A stretch of DNA of 64,000 nt from Octopus bimaculoides (Eukaryota). A program made the position numbers and the translations under genes. Numbering within the stretch: position 1 is the first letter of the stretch; each line of letters opens with the position of its first letter. Location of the stretch: the NCBI RefSeq assembly GCF_001194135.2, contig NC_068982.1:55822383-55886382 (forward strand). Reading direction: 5' to 3'. The notes below the pieces were generated by a model. It was not told the DNA's origin. It saw only the letters and a list, made by a program, of their open reading frames with translations, and ran no database searches. This document shows, piece by piece, positions 41,601 to 56,399 of the stretch.

Positions 41601-44600
41601 ATTATTATAATCATTTATTATTATAATAAATATATAGTCATTTATCATTAATCACTCTTTTATTACATATTTAGAAGTGTCATCATCCTGTGTCTCTTGC
41701 CGAAGAATACAATCTATTTCTTCAGAAAATTTCTATGAGCCTAGATTGAGGTATAAAGCGAAAGCTAAGGCTTTAGATTTTGTATTTCATTTTATTACTG
41801 TTTACTAACTAAGAACTAATTAACAGATATTAGTAGGGGAAACGTAACTTGTAACAAACATTGAATGAGCACAAAACAATTCTGCATTATCAATAACACA
41901 TATACCAGTAATTCATTGAAAGAAACTGGTAACATGTACATTGACACTTCTAATAATCCATATATCAAGATGTTGTCTCACAAAAATGTGGCAGCAGTAG
42001 CAGCAACAATAACGTTATTGGTGAAGCTAGTGGGACTGTTGACAATTAGACAAACACTGAAAAAAGATTTTCATATTCTTGTTAAATGATAACTAGGATT
42101 ATCGGAATGCCGCTTTTAGCAAAACACTCCTTACATGACGTTAGAGAGAGAACCCCTAGCTCTTCGGATTAGTGGAAAACATTCCACCTTGGACTTGAAA
42201 ACAATAGCAATAGTCTTCAAGGAAAGTTTTGCTTAATAACTATCGAAACAATCTTTCTTGTCACTTACGGCTGATATGTCGTCTTGAACTTCCTCCTTCA
42301 AAGCGTTAAAACCTACTTCACAGGCGGAGCAATTTAAAGATGGATAAGGAGATTAAACAGTAAATAAAGAATATGTTGAGAAAATAACATAACAGAGAGC
42401 TGAAGTCATTTAAAAAATATTTTTGAATTTTCTTTCTTTTGATTTTTGTCTTTTGATTGAAAGAAATAAAATACGAACAAAAAGTGGAGTATTTGATATT
42501 TTTAAAAACAATTTGTCTTTCAAAGAAAACAAAATTATCAACATTTTTATAAAGCTGTAGAATAAGATTTTTTTTTTTCGTTTTTCTCTAAGCTTTTATC
42601 TCAAAAATGTTAATACTCTGCAAATTGTCAATGTAGTTTGTAATGTTATCTTTTTATTATCAAAAACCACGTTTTATTCATAATTTTTGTTTTCTATAAT
42701 ATATCTTTAAGATCATTGCCATTATTTACATTATTTACAGTCTTCAGTAAATTCTAAACAATTATTCTTTATTATATCTGTTCCGGAAATGGTGTTTATT
42801 CTTATACCGACAGTTGGATATTTAATGTTTCAATTGAAACCATTTATAAAGGTTACAAACCTTGAATAAAGATTATAGCAACGGAAGTTACTGACTAATC
42901 AGATTGAAATCATTGTTTTATGAAATATAACAATGAAATTTAGTAAAATAACTAACGTAAAACAAGAAGTCTTTCTTTTTGTGAAGTTGAATTACGTAAT
43001 TTACAGGAAAACCATACTAAACAAATTGTTTATTTCATACAATATTATATTTTAAAAAGAAACAAGAAATGACACCTATTTAATACGTAAAAAAATAATT
43101 TCAACGCAAGCAAAGTTAAACATATTGTATACTGAAATAAGTTATATTATCTTAAAATGTTTGTAGATATCTAAGTTTTTGTCATTGTAGCAATTAAAAC
43201 ATACTCGCACATTGTTATATTCACACTTACATTATTTGTAGATTTAAAAAATCAATATTATATAATATTAAGTATAAAAGATTTTCGTTGTACACCTATA
43301 ATCTTCTTTCTGATGCATTACTTCTGTACATAACAACTTGATGTCAAATAATAAAAGTAAATATGACAGTGTCTCTGTTTTTTATCATGGTATGACTCTA
43401 CCATGATACAGATTGTTTGTTTCGAGTAAGCACACATGTCTTTATACATTTACTGTCTAATTAAAAAGCTTCTAAAAATTTCTCACGTGGCTTACACGGT
43501 GAATCGGTTTTGTTACTAAAGTAACAGGTCGCTATAAAGATGAGAAATAAAGAAAACAAAAAATGATCTGCGTTGGTAAAATCTGACCACGAAGTAACAA
43601 GTGCTAGAACTTTGAATAGACAAAAAACATATTTAGCCAGTAGGTCATTGCGGGCAGAAGCTCATCATTTGTAACATTTATGTCTTCTGACACATGATCG
43701 ATTAAACTATTCACATCTGAAACTGATACAAAGCTCATAGAGAAATTCACCTGGAGTGAAATTTGAACTCCAAACAAAAAGGGACGTAATTGTGTGAAAA
43801 AAACACTAAAGCGGTAAATTAGTAGAAATGCCGGACGATATGCATAGCGTTTCTTTTTTCTGGATTCAAATCCCCGCCGAAACTAGCCTTGCCTTTCCAC
43901 CTTGCAAAGTCGATAAATAAAGTATTAATCTACGGTGACGGACTGGCAACATGATTACAAAGTCGGACGATAGTAGGGCTTGAGTTATTTCTTTCGGTTA
44001 TTTGTACTATGAGTACACAGCAGAAGACATTGGAAGCGTCTCTATGTACATACCTGTAACTAACCATAGTTAGGATTAGAGTGGCCCATGGTATTCAGCT
44101 TGTTGCGTGATGATGACGGAACTACTATAATTTAAGTGAAAATGAATAGAAATTTGTACGAGCATCTTTCCTCGCGATGTCATTAACAGAGTCAATAAAA
44201 TAAAACAGATAATCAAAGTAAATCACTCATATGGTTCGATTGGTGTTTAACTCTTATTCTACAAAATTTTATTACTACAACTAAAACAGTAAAAATAGAC
44301 AAATAACAATCCAACGGAAACTGCTACGTGATCGCCCGACCTTCTTGATAGGAGCGAAGGCACGTGTTCTTGTGGTGAGGGTGTTAAGTTCCTGGACCGG
44401 GTGGTGTGTTGTATCCTTGAGCAAGGGTAAAAAGATAATTGCTCCACTTTACTCAGCTGCAAATTAATACCAATCAGGTGCTCTGTTTCCAGCTGTAACA
44501 TCCTGGATATGCCGCTGGATGAAAAATTCTAAAATAACAGGTATCAAACCAAATGGAGCCACTACGTGATCACCCGACTTGCTAGCAACCAAACCTCCTT

Positions 44601-46060
44601 CAAACCACTTATCACCATCTTTAAAAGAAAGCATGTCTTGGATAAACTATACCAAGAACAGCCATAGGTCTTCTTGACTAGAGTAACCCTGGGACTAAGC
44701 AAAAATAACAACGAAAAATAATCTATTTTGTCAAGACAGGAGGCAAAGAGGATCGAATGTAGGGAGAAGTTATAGTGAACTGCATTTGGTTGCTATTTAA
44801 AGGACTTTTATTTCTCCAAAATCAGTGAGTTGTGGCCTTGCTATTTTGAATTGGATCATATTTTATAAAATGTTTATACAACTGATTTCTGAATATTTTG
44901 ATATTCTAACAGAATACCTCTATTTTATTAAAACCTATTCCCCGATACTTCTGCGGATCTCTCTGCTATAAAATTGTGGCCAAGTTTGTGATAGCGATTA
45001 TTATGATTACGATAATGTTGCTTATATGAAATGATAACAGAACGTGACTAGAAAATTATATAAGCATTAACAATTGCATCAATTTAGAAAGAATGAAAAG
45101 CAATACTACATCTTATCCATCCCTAGATTTACAAATAGATGAGAAAATTCATATGAACTCAACTTCCTAATCCAATCAACTTAAAATTTTGAAAGCTACC
45201 TTAGCTATACAGAGAAATAAAATATCATTTCTTGTAAATGCATTAAAAGCTCTGTATATCACCCTTGTGGACATCTAAATCATTCTATTCTAGCTCAGCA
45301 AAATGCAAGCAGCATGATGCTAACCGCAATGAAAAACACGTGGTAATGACAATAAAGATGGCACGCAAAATATAATAGTTAACATCATTTCATTTTTGAC
45401 ATCATGTCCTACTTTCTCTCATTGGTCTCTATTCCTGCTAAGTCACATTGAGCCACTGATGAAGGAATTTGGCATCAGTGCCAATATTTTCTTATTTATA
45501 TGTGATTTCATAAATTATAAACTCTTTTGAAATAAAGTTTCTGAAGGTTAGTTCAAATCCAGTTCATACTGTTAATAATAACAAAATTATATTAAGTATC
45601 TGTTAAGAAGAAAAAATGAAAATCGTCCTAAATACACTATTTTATTTAATGAATACACGGAAAATATGGATCATTATTAACTTTTTAACAAGACATTAAA
45701 TGATAATCTACAAAACAAAGTTACAAATTATTCAAATATTATTAATAAATGTATAGATTGTAAAGTGCAATAAAGGCATGTCTTTTTTGAGTAACAATGA
45801 TACATACATAAACATGCGCGCGCACACATACATGCATGCATACATACATACATACATACATATATCTATTACTTGTTACAGTCATTGGACCCAATACTTA
45901 TTATTTTTAAGTCTGATACTTATTCTATCGATCTCTCTTTCCCGGGGTATAAACAAACCAACAACGATTGTCAGATACATACATACATATCTATCTCTAT
46001 CTAAATATGAATATATAAATATGTACATACAGACACACACACACACACACACACATATAC

Positions 46061-46463
46061 TCTTTTACTTGTTTCTGTCATTCAACTGCAGCCATGCTGA
46101 AGCACTGCCTTTAGTCGAGCAAATCGACCCCAGGACTCATTCTTTGTAAGTCTAGTACTTATTCTATCGATCATTTTGCCGAACCGCTAAGTAACGGGGA
46201 CGTAAACACACCAGCATCGGTTGTCTAGTGATGTTGGGGAGACAAACAGACACACAAACACACGCACGCACGCACACANNNNNNNNNNACACACACACAC
46301 ATACACGACTGGCTTCTTTCAGTTTCCGCCTACCAAATCCACTCACAAGGCTTTGATCGTCTCGGAGCTATAGTAGAAGACACTTGCCCAAGGTGCCACG
46401 CAGTGGGACTGAACCCAGAACCATGTGGTTGGTAAGCAAGCTACTTACCACACAGTCACTCCT
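46061..46463 (-). mobile_element. SINE family A copy
   Basis: Near full length, with internal (CA)n and a 10-N gap. Confidence 0.8.
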
Positions 46464-46981
46464 ATTTTCTTATCCCATTCAAATAGCTAAACCTGCAAAT
46501 AAGTAGAACAGATATAACCTAATCCTAGGTATAGACTGGAAGACAAAAGAAACTTCCACATTTTTTCAAAAGCTTTATTTAATTTTTTTTATAGATCTAT
46601 TTACGTACTCGTTTTACCAGGTTTTCAAGCATACAAAATTCTCTGACGATATTTACTCAATATTCTAAGCTGTATTCAATTACTTTTACTGTATTTCTGT
46701 ACTTCCCGGCGTTGCTTTTTCACGTAGAAGAAATACGATTGAAAACAACTCAGGTCAAAGGACATGTCATTTTTCATTGTGTGATTTGAAATATCTTGGT
46801 TATCCATGGAATTAAAATGTCTTAGTTTTCTTTGTGCATCTGTTTGCATTACGTGTCTAAATCTTTTTCTCTGCCAGTTATCGTTACTTGTACATGCTTA
46901 TGTTTGTGCACATTGTATTGTAGATAAATAAAATATCTGTGTATCTATCTTACAATATATCTACGTATTTGCTTCTTTCCT

Positions 46982-47012
<31 letters not shown>

Positions 47013-48699
47013 CTTTCTTGCTTAATATTTTTCATTGTCCGTTTCATAATTATCTAAGTTCAGGTGTCGTAAGTCTTAAATTGCACTATAATGGGGCTAG
47101 CTTCTGACTAGCAAACTTATACTACTTCTTGTTTTACCCTCGTTTTGTTGTTGTTGGTAGTGTTTAGCCATAAGAAAGCCATTTCAGAGCATATCTATGA
47201 TCAAAAGTGTTCCAGATGTGACCACTCCATCTTATTTTTTCTACAACTACATAATGCAATGCCTTCCCTTTTTAAGACTATTACGTGATTTGTGAAAGAT
47301 TTGTTTGCTATATTTTTGTATTTAGGGATGGGAGAGTTAAAAGTCTTAATCATCTTAATTGATACTGTCACCTGATGAAGTGGATTGTCACGTAGTAGCA
47401 ATCAATGAAATAATTTTGTTTGAATCAGCACAAGATTAACCGCCGTTACCCAAATTTGCAGACCTAACGAGGAGCCTGATAGAAATAAAAAAAATTCTAA
47501 AATCGCACTCTACCGGCTTAAAAAGGATACTTAAACAATGTACTAGATATCCCGAAAAAGATGGGTCAGTCATGACTGGGAAGCCTTTGATCATAAGTCT
47601 ACTCATCCAGGACTGACGTTCCAGTTAAACAGCAACTTGCTATCTTAATAATAACAGTAATGATTTCAAATTCCGGCCTAAAATTTATGGTGTCACGCAT
47701 TTTGTTGACTTCTGAAGGACGAAAAGCATAACCTACCATGACTAAATACAGTACAAGATTTTTTCCGGCTATCAACAGTCACTACCGCCTTCAATAATAT
47801 TGATAGCACCAGTTTTGTGAAAGTGATGCAGTCAATTCGGTTGACGAAGTTGGAAATAATTGTGTGTTGTAAATAATAGTAAATATAATAACAGCATATT
47901 TTTTCATCGCGATAGTCATACTCTTGATACTGATAAGCATAAAAATATAATATGCATGTAATAGCAATGTTAATGTTAACAGTATTGACATTGTGATTTC
48001 TGGTCACCGTGTTTCTTCAGTGACAGCAAAGCTGACCTCTGCTGTTAATGTTGTTGGAGTTTGGCAGTATTCCATGCTGTTGATGTTGTTGTAATTTGGC
48101 AGTATTCCAGTTGAACAAGAAGTCGACAGTACACTCACATAAGGGATGATTTAACGGTTCATGTGACTGTAAAGATCAATAACTGGTTATCAAAGCCATA
48201 AACAAATACTGTAGAAGGAGAAAGAAAGATTTTAAGTTGGTGTGACTACTATAAGGCCTTTCACGGTGTGTCGCCACACATGGATGCTAGGAACATTAAT
48301 CATGAGTAAAGTAGTATTAATAATAAGCGGATACAGTTAGTCTGTCGTGAGTAAATGGCAAACAATCTTATAGGTATAGACAAAAGAAAAAATTATAAAA
48401 GGTTACCTAATATCTATTGGATGAGGAATATTCAATGAGGTTTATGTGTCTAGTTCTTTCTTCCCTAGTTCAAATTCTTTCGAGTAATATGTAAAACCAA
48501 AACGGACTTAGATAAAAATGCTATGAGAGGGTAAATAACCATCTTTTGTATATGGCAATCTCAAATTGTACGCTGCAGATGATAAACAGCTAAAAACACT
48601 GCCGCAGAGAGTACATGGATTTACTAGAGGAATTGATGTGAAATTTTAGGGTAACCATGAAGTAAGAAAAATTAAACAAGAACACCAATGAGATAGAGA

Positions 48700-50290
48700 A
48701 TAAAGAATATGTGGAGATTAAGAAGAAATAGTTTACCATTTGTCTCTATCTGTTTGCGGGCAATATTTGGATCAGGGTGCAAAAAAAAAAAAAGGCCTTG
48801 GCAATAGTTTGCGTAAAGTGATTCTAAGGATTGTTTAGTAATTTATATTAATGTATTGTGTTTTGCACGCCTAATATAATTGGGGCTCATCACCTCGCTA
48901 TTCTACACTGAATTTGTTCAGAGATGGTCGCATATATCCTTCATGCATTTTATCAGTTCTTCGTTTGTCGTGGAAATTATTGCGAATTTCAATACGACGC
49001 GAAGGAAAATGAGCTCAATTTCTCTTTAAGGTTTTTATGATGGTATCCAACTTCATCTGCAATGTATTTATCTATTAACAATTGAATCACTGTATGAAAT
49101 ACAACCTGGCACAAGCACATTTTATCCCATATGTCATTCCGATCTGCAAGTCTTTTCTTGTGTATTTAGTTAACATTCCCGTAATAGCCTTTGATCTTTA
49201 GTTCTTACCTCGCACAATTTTTCTGACAAAAAACAGAATAATTTTGCCTTGTGTTTTCCAATTCAATGTATCAGGTAGATAAAAAAAAACAAAGCAAAAA
49301 CATTCCTGTTCTGTACGAATCATTTGTTTCCAAGTTTAGCTTAACATTGATCAATACTTTTGGCTACTAAGAATATCAGACATTTCAGTTCTTCCTAAAT
49401 GTCTCTCTACATTTTTTTCGAATCATAGTCTTTCACTTTTTATCACTTCTCACAATTTCTCAAAGGTTTTGCTTATCTGCATCAATGTTAGTGTGGTTTT
49501 CTTCGTCAACATACAAGGCCTAAGCTATACTTATTTATCTAATCATACTATTATTATATTTTAGTAGTTTTATTAATTTTGCTGTTTACTCAATACAGCT
49601 CTGTGTACCTTGGATACGAGTAGTGCTTTGCTCTGGTTTTCTATTTTCTATTGTATTAAAGATGCTGTAATTAATGTGTAAAATGTCTAATAGCTCTAGT
49701 TATTCTCTGTGCGTCGTACTTGTGACTAGGCGGTTTGGTTTTGGCTGTGAAGTTTTTAATCATTCCCAAGGTACTTATTAGTATAGGGATTGTTTCTGGT
49801 TTTAGTCCCCACATTCTGGTTACATCTGTTTTCATCTTTATATTTTAATACTTAATCCATTTCTAGTAAAGATACATTATCTTCTAAGGGAACTGATGCT
49901 ACGATTGGTAGACACTTCTGGATAGTCCTTGGCAGCAACGATATACCATCAATTAGCCTACATCATCATGCATTTGTAGATTGGCAATATATCAGAATAT
50001 AATTGCTTTGGCATATTCTAAGATTTAGACGCTTTGGCGTATCCTAAATTTATATATATTTTTTTCTTTTGGTGTTTCATAAACTTGGCATAACTTCCTG
50101 TGCATGAAAGTCCGGTCTCTGCCATACAGGTTGATACATTCTCTCTTGGCTAACACTTGGCAGCCAGAGACACTGCGATAAGTTGTTTATTCTCATCAGC
50201 CACATATTTTTCATCTATCATGATACAGTGTTATCAGTTAAAATTCTTCTCTTCATGGTTGCCTTCGAATAATTTGCTAAAAAGAATTTC
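48700..50290 (-). mobile_element. R4/Dong-like LINE remnants, including a 3' end at about 49540-50000
   Basis: The minus strand near 49860-49600 resembles KYKDLEIEVTRMWGLKTETIPII.ALG...LLGTAHIL and the 3' UTR also seen at 56400-56600. The 48700-49500 part is a weaker RT-like remnant. Confidence 0.5.
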
Positions 50291-51257
50291 ATATCAATTC
50301 CTCTATTGTTGATAATTTAAGCAAAATGCCAGACATTTTCGAGGGGTTTAGTCGTTTACATTGATCTCGGTACTTCATTCGTACTTTACTTTACAGAGGG
50401 ATGAGGATGACAAGCAAAGTTGATCTCGGTGGAATTTGAACATGATATCATAAATCCATGAATTATCTGCAGCAGCGGTTTTAGTTGTTTATCATCTGTA
50501 GCTTACACCTTGAGGTCGTCCAGATACAAAACTGCCCAAAGCGATTTTTGGAGAAGAGAAACTGCATGAAATTGCTTAGGACTGTGGTGAGCTCCAGGTC
50601 ATATAAGGACGGAGATTAATTTAGTTTCCAAGGCGTATAAGTGATTAAGATTACAAATGTTCCCAACCATGAACGGGATGTTGATCCGTCGCAGGGTTAA
50701 CTTCTCATCTATTGATGGAACCCATTTACAGCTGAGTGAACTGGAGAAACTGGAAATGAAGTGTTTCGCTCAAGAACTCAACGCATCATCCGACTCGGGA
50801 ATCGAAACTACAATCTTACGATCGTGAGTGCAACACCCTAACCCTGGACCATGCGACTTCACGTGGACTACGTCATCAGAGATGAGACAATAGAAAGAAA
50901 GGATCAGAATTGTGGGGTTCCCTGATCTGACCTAGGTAGAGATTTCTCACCGGTATGTCAGTGGGTTACCCAATTTATATAGAATATTTTATATTTAAAT
51001 TATATTTTGCTTTAGTTATTAATTACGTGTTTTATATTGTTTCATATCTAATCCGTTTTAAATTCATATCAAATTCTTAATGTTCTTTGCACAAAGTCCT
51101 CATCCACCTCAAATTTGTTTTATACAAATATGACTTGACTATCCCATCACTATTTTCATTACCCCGAGTAGTTAGTTTTATTTGTACATATACGTGGACC
51201 CATATGTCCAAAAAGGAAAAAATGATACTACTACTAATAATAATAATTTCTAATATA

Positions 51258-51704
51258 GGCACAAGGCCTGGAATTTGTGGGGAGTGGGATAGTCGATCAC
51301 ATTGACCCCACTGTTTCACTGGTATTTAATTTATCGACTCCGAAAGTATGAAAGGCAAAGTCAACCTCGGCGGAATTTGAACTCAGAACGTAGCGACAGG
51401 CGACATACCGCTAAGCATTTTACCTTGCGTGCTAACGATTCTGCCAGTTAGCCGCCTTGATAATAAAAATAATAATGATAATAATAATAATGGCTTCAAA
51501 TTTTGCCACAAGGGCAGCAATTCTGTGGGAGGGAATGAGTCGATTACATCGACGCCAGTGTTTCACTAGTACTTAATTTATCGATCCCGAAAGAATGAAA
51601 GACAAAGTCAACCACGGCAGAATTTGAACTCAGAACGTAGCGATGGGCGAAGTACCGCTAAGCATTTTTGCCCGGCGTGCTAACCAAACTACCAGCTCGT
51701 CGCC

Positions 51705-51748
<44 letters not shown>

Positions 51749-54290
51749 TATTATATATATTCTTGTCATATATATATATTATATGCTAATTCTTGTTTTG
51801 CCATCTAAACTTCAAACTACTTTCATCACCGAAATACATACACATACACACAAACACACACTCGCATACGCACATACACACTCACATACACACTCGTGCA
51901 TACACACACGTATGTAAACTATGTAATTATCTATATGTGTGTGTGTAGAAATATATATTCATAGTTATAAATATTTACATATTTTGTATTTTTGCATGCG
52001 TTGTCTTCCTTAAATGCATAAGTTTATGAATGGGCGTGGCTTAGTGGTTAGGGCATTCGACTCACGATCCTAAGATCGTGAGTTCGATTCCCGGTGACGC
52101 GTTGTGTCCTTGAGCATGACACTATATATCACGTTGCTCCAGTCCACTCAGCTGGCAAAAATGAGTAGTACCTCTATTTCAAAGGGCCGGCCTTGTTACG
52201 CCGCTATGTGTCAGGCTGTGTCTCCCTGAGACCTACGTTAAGGGTACACGTGTCTGTGGATTGCTCAGTCACTTGCACGTTAATTTCATAAGAAGGCTGT
52301 TTCATTGATTGTAGCAGCTGAGTGCTCCTTTACNNNNNNNNNNNNNNNNNNNNNNNNNNNNNNNNNNNNNNNNNNNNNNNNNNNNNNNNNNNNNNNNNNN
52401 NNNNNNNNNNNNNNNNNNNNNNNNNNNNNNNNNNNNNNNNNNNNNNNNNNNNNNNNNNNNNNNNNNNNNNNNNNNNNNNNNNNNNNNNNNNNNNNNNNNN
52501 NNNNNNNNNNNNNNNNNNNNNNNNNNNNTAAAAATAATTCAGACACACAGCTTGAAATTTTTTTGTTCGGGAGTGGCTAGTCGATTACGTCGATTCAGTG
52601 CTCAACTGGTACTATCTTATCCATCCTGAAAGGATGAAAAGCAAAGTCGACCTGGCGGAATTTGAACTCAGAACATAATGACGGACGAAATACCTATTTC
52701 TTTACTGCCCAGAAGGGGCTATACACAGAGGGGACAAACAAGAACAGACAAACGGATTAAGTCGATTATATCGACCCCAGTGTGTAACTGGTACTTAATT
52801 TATCGACCCCGAAAGGATGAAAGGCAAAGTCGACCTCGGCGGAATTTGAACTCAGAACGTAGTGGCAGACGAAATACCGTTAAGCACTTTGCCCGGCGTG
52901 CTAACGATTCTGCCAGATGGCAGCCTTAGTAACTCTTGTTGCATTGGTTTCGAAATTTCGCACAAGGCCAACAATTTTGGAGTAGGAAGTAGGTGATTAC
53001 ATTGACCCCCGCCCAGTGTTCAATTGATACTTATTTTATCGACTCCTCAAGGATGAAAGGTAAAGTCGACCTCAACGACATTTGAGCTCAGATTGTAAAT
53101 CCGGAAGAAATGCCGGTAAGCATTTTGCCCGCGTGCTAACTATTCTGCCGGCTTGCTGGCTTCAAATTTTTCCAAAGTTTGGCATAAGGCCAGCAATTCT
53201 CAGGGGCGGGGTAAATCGATTATTCGATTATATCTATCTCGAAAGGATGAATGGCAAAGTCGACCTCAGTGGTATTTGAAATCAGGATTCAAATTCCCCC
53301 GAGGTCGATTTTGCCTTTTATACTTATTGGGGTCGATAAGATAAGTAACAGTGCAGTACAGGGGTCGATGTAATCGACTAACCCCTCTCCCAAAAATGTC
53401 AGGTCTTGTACCGATAACCGAAAGTATTACTATTATATCATTTGGATAGTGGATGAAGAGAATTGTTTGGGTATCGGACAAAATACCCTGCGGTATTTAT
53501 TTTGGTTCTTTATGGTCTCAGCTGAAATCCTACAAGGATCGNNNNNNNNNNTATTAAGCTGCAACAAGGACTTGCTTTCGACTCTAATTTGAAATTACTC
53601 TACCTTACGTTATTTACGACATTGTAAATGTCTCAGTTTCTGATTCTTTCTGTAAGTATCGGCGTTTCTATCACCTACATAAGAAACGAATATTTTCTGG
53701 CAATAAGAGGGCGGTGAGTTGGCAGAATCGTTAGCCCTCTGGGATACATGTTGAGCAGCATTTCCTGTCTATATGTTCTGAGTTCAAATTCTGCCAAAGT
53801 CGACTTTGCCTTTCATCCTTTCGGGATCGATAAAATATGTACCTGCTGAACACTGGTGTCAACGTAATCGACTCATTCCCTCCCTCCAAATTGTTGGCCT
53901 TGTGCCAAAAATTTGAAATCAATATTTTTCTGGTTATAATTGTAATCTATACGGCTTTGCTGAAGAGTTAACAGCCTAAGTGAAAGAATTTGCACTAACA
54001 ATTGAAATTGGATCGTGGGTTGGAATCGGAATCTTGCAGTAACACCACAGCCAGTATTACTGGAAAATATTGATTTCAAAATTTCACAAGGTCAGCAATT
54101 TCGGGGGAGGAGTAGGTCGTTTACATCGACCCCAGTGTTCAACTGGTACTTATTTTATCGACTTCGACAGGATGAAAGGCAAAGTCAACCTCTGCAAAAT
54201 TTAAACTCAGAGCGTAAAGACGGACGAAATGTCTCCGAGCATATTGCCGGGAGTGCCAAAGATTCTGTCGGCTCGCTGCCTTAGTAACTC
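51258..54290. mobile_element. Cluster of about nine SINE family B copies plus one family C-like SINE (52032-52333)
   Basis: Copies at about 51258, 51485, 52560, 52700, 52945, 53160 and 54070 (minus) and 53285 and 53710 (plus). Confidence 0.75.
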
Positions 54291-56399
54291 TTGTCATATT
54301 ATTAATAATTATAATTGTCTTGCAAAATAAAGCAAATATCAGTAAAATATAAGATTGCGTTTTCTTTCTAAAATATATAAGATTTAATAATTTAAAAATA
54401 TTGTTTTCAGTCGTATATATCTATTTTCTAATAAAATTCATAAGAGAAACGCTGCAAATTTATTATTTTACAGGATAAGATGAGAAATTTTACAGAAATT
54501 CACGATAGTATTGATAAGTGTTTCATTGTTGCTGTTTACCTCCAATACAGTCGCTCAATGGAACAGACTTATAACCACAGAGGTTTCATTCGTGACTATC
54601 CCGTCTTTAATTCGGATTACGGGACCACGTTATCTAATGGGGTTTTTACTTTTTAAGACGTAAGAGTGTAGGATGAGGGAAATTGGCATCCATTTCTAGG
54701 AGGTCGAACGACCATGTGGAGTTTACATTGTTGCTACTTTGCTAAATTGAAATCCTGTAATGAGAGATAGTAAACCAAGACTGATCTTTCCGAGACAAAC
54801 TACACGAAACAAAGTAATCAGTGAGACATTAAATATCCAGTGTGTAACAGTATATCACGTCAACTTCGACGCAAGTAACCTAAAACACAGCATTTATGCT
54901 ATCAGGGCCATTGACAAAATAATTCTAATAATAATAATGATAATAATATGTTTTCCTTAACATCCTTAAACAAACCTTATTTAGGGACCTTTTGAACGGG
55001 ATGGGCTACTCGACCTGAAGAAAATTCTAACTGGGCCCCACCTTCGAGGTCATGCGCTGTTTATCTTGGTATGAAATCACCATGTCGCGTACATATGGTT
55101 GTGATGCATGTGCCTGGTGTACCCTTATCAGACGGGTAGTCATGATGGGTCTATTGGGCTTCGTATATTTTACCCCAGTGTCACTTTGATGGCATGCACT
55201 GCTCTCTCACTCATAATAATAATAATAATAGGCGTAGGAGTGGCTGTGTGGTAAGTANNNNNNNNNNNNNNNNNNNNNNNNNNNNNNNNNNNNNNNNNNN
55301 NNNNNNNNNNNNNNNNNNNNNNNNNNNNNNNNNNNNNNNNNNNNNNNNNNNNNNNNNNNNNNNNNNNNNNNNNNNNNNNNNNNNNNNNNNNNNNNNNNNN
55401 NNNNNNNNNNNNNNNNNNNNNNNNNNNNNNNNNNNNNNNNNNNNNNNNNNNNNNNNNNNNNNNNNNNNNNNNNNNNNNNNNNNNNNNNNNNNNNNNNNNN
55501 NNNNNNNNNNNNNNNNNNNNNNNNNNNNNNNNNNNNNNNNNNNNNNNNNNNNNNNNNNNNNNNNNNNNNNNNNNNNNNNNNNNNNNNNNNNNNNNNNNNN
55601 NNNNNNNNNNNNNNNNNNNNNNNNNNNNNNNNNNNNNNNNNNNNNNNNNNNNNNNNNNNNNNNNNNNNNNNNNNNNNNNNNNNNNNNNNNNNNNNNNNNN
55701 NNNNNNNNNNNNNNNNNNNNNNNNNNNNNNNNNNNNNNNNNNNNNNNNNNNNNNNNNNNNNNNNNNNNNNNNNNNNNNNNNNNNNNNNNNNNNNNNNNNN
55801 NNNNNNNNNNNNNNNNNNNNNNNNNNNNNNNNNNNNNNNNNNNNNNNNNNNNNNNNNNNNNNNNNNNNNNNNNNNNNNNNNNNNNNNNNNNNNNNNNNNN
55901 NNNNNNNNNNNNNNNNNNNNNNNNNNNNNNNNTACGTTCTGAGTTCAAATTACGCCGAGGTCGACTTTGCCTTTCATCCTTTCGGGATCGATGAATTAAG
56001 TACCAGTTACGCACTGGAGTCGATGTAGTCGACTTAATGTCCTTGTTTGTCCCCTCTATGTTTAGCCCCTTGTGGGCAATAAAGAAATAAGAGAGAGAGA
56101 GATAGGAGGAAAACAACGTAAAGAACAGGAAGAAATACCTCGAAGCATTTTGTCTGCCTTCTTAACGATACTACCAGCACACGGCCTTTAAAATAATATT
56201 GTTTCTGATATAGGCACAAGGCCTGAAATTTGGTTGTGAAGAGGCTAGTCGATTACATCGAACCCATAATGATGAAAGACAAAGTCGACCTCGTAGAATC
56301 GGACGAAATGCCGCAAAGCATTTTGGCCGGTGTGCTAACGATTTTGCCAATTCGTTGCCTCAATAACAACAACAATAATGATAATAGGCGCATTAGGTA

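Noticed and set aside
45296-45358. Plus-strand short frame AQQNASSMMLTAMKNTW* after TTCTAG
   Set aside because: Too short to assess, and no other plus-strand exons were found to support a gene.
47372-47395. CTGATGA-A-GTGG-ATTG-TCAC near-match (and a similar minus-strand case at about 50854-50879)
   Set aside because: No GAAA after stem II and no stem I partner.
47990-48166. Short minus-strand frame SHEPLNHPLCECTVDFLFNW...CCH* after a TTTACAG acceptor
   Set aside because: Phase 0 is incompatible with the phase-1 donor, no domain is recognisable, and part of it is a local duplication.
51258-54290. Regularly recurring repeats superficially like a CRISPR array
   Set aside because: The units are about 200-bp diverged SINEs in mixed orientation in eukaryotic DNA, with no constant repeat-spacer structure and no cas genes.
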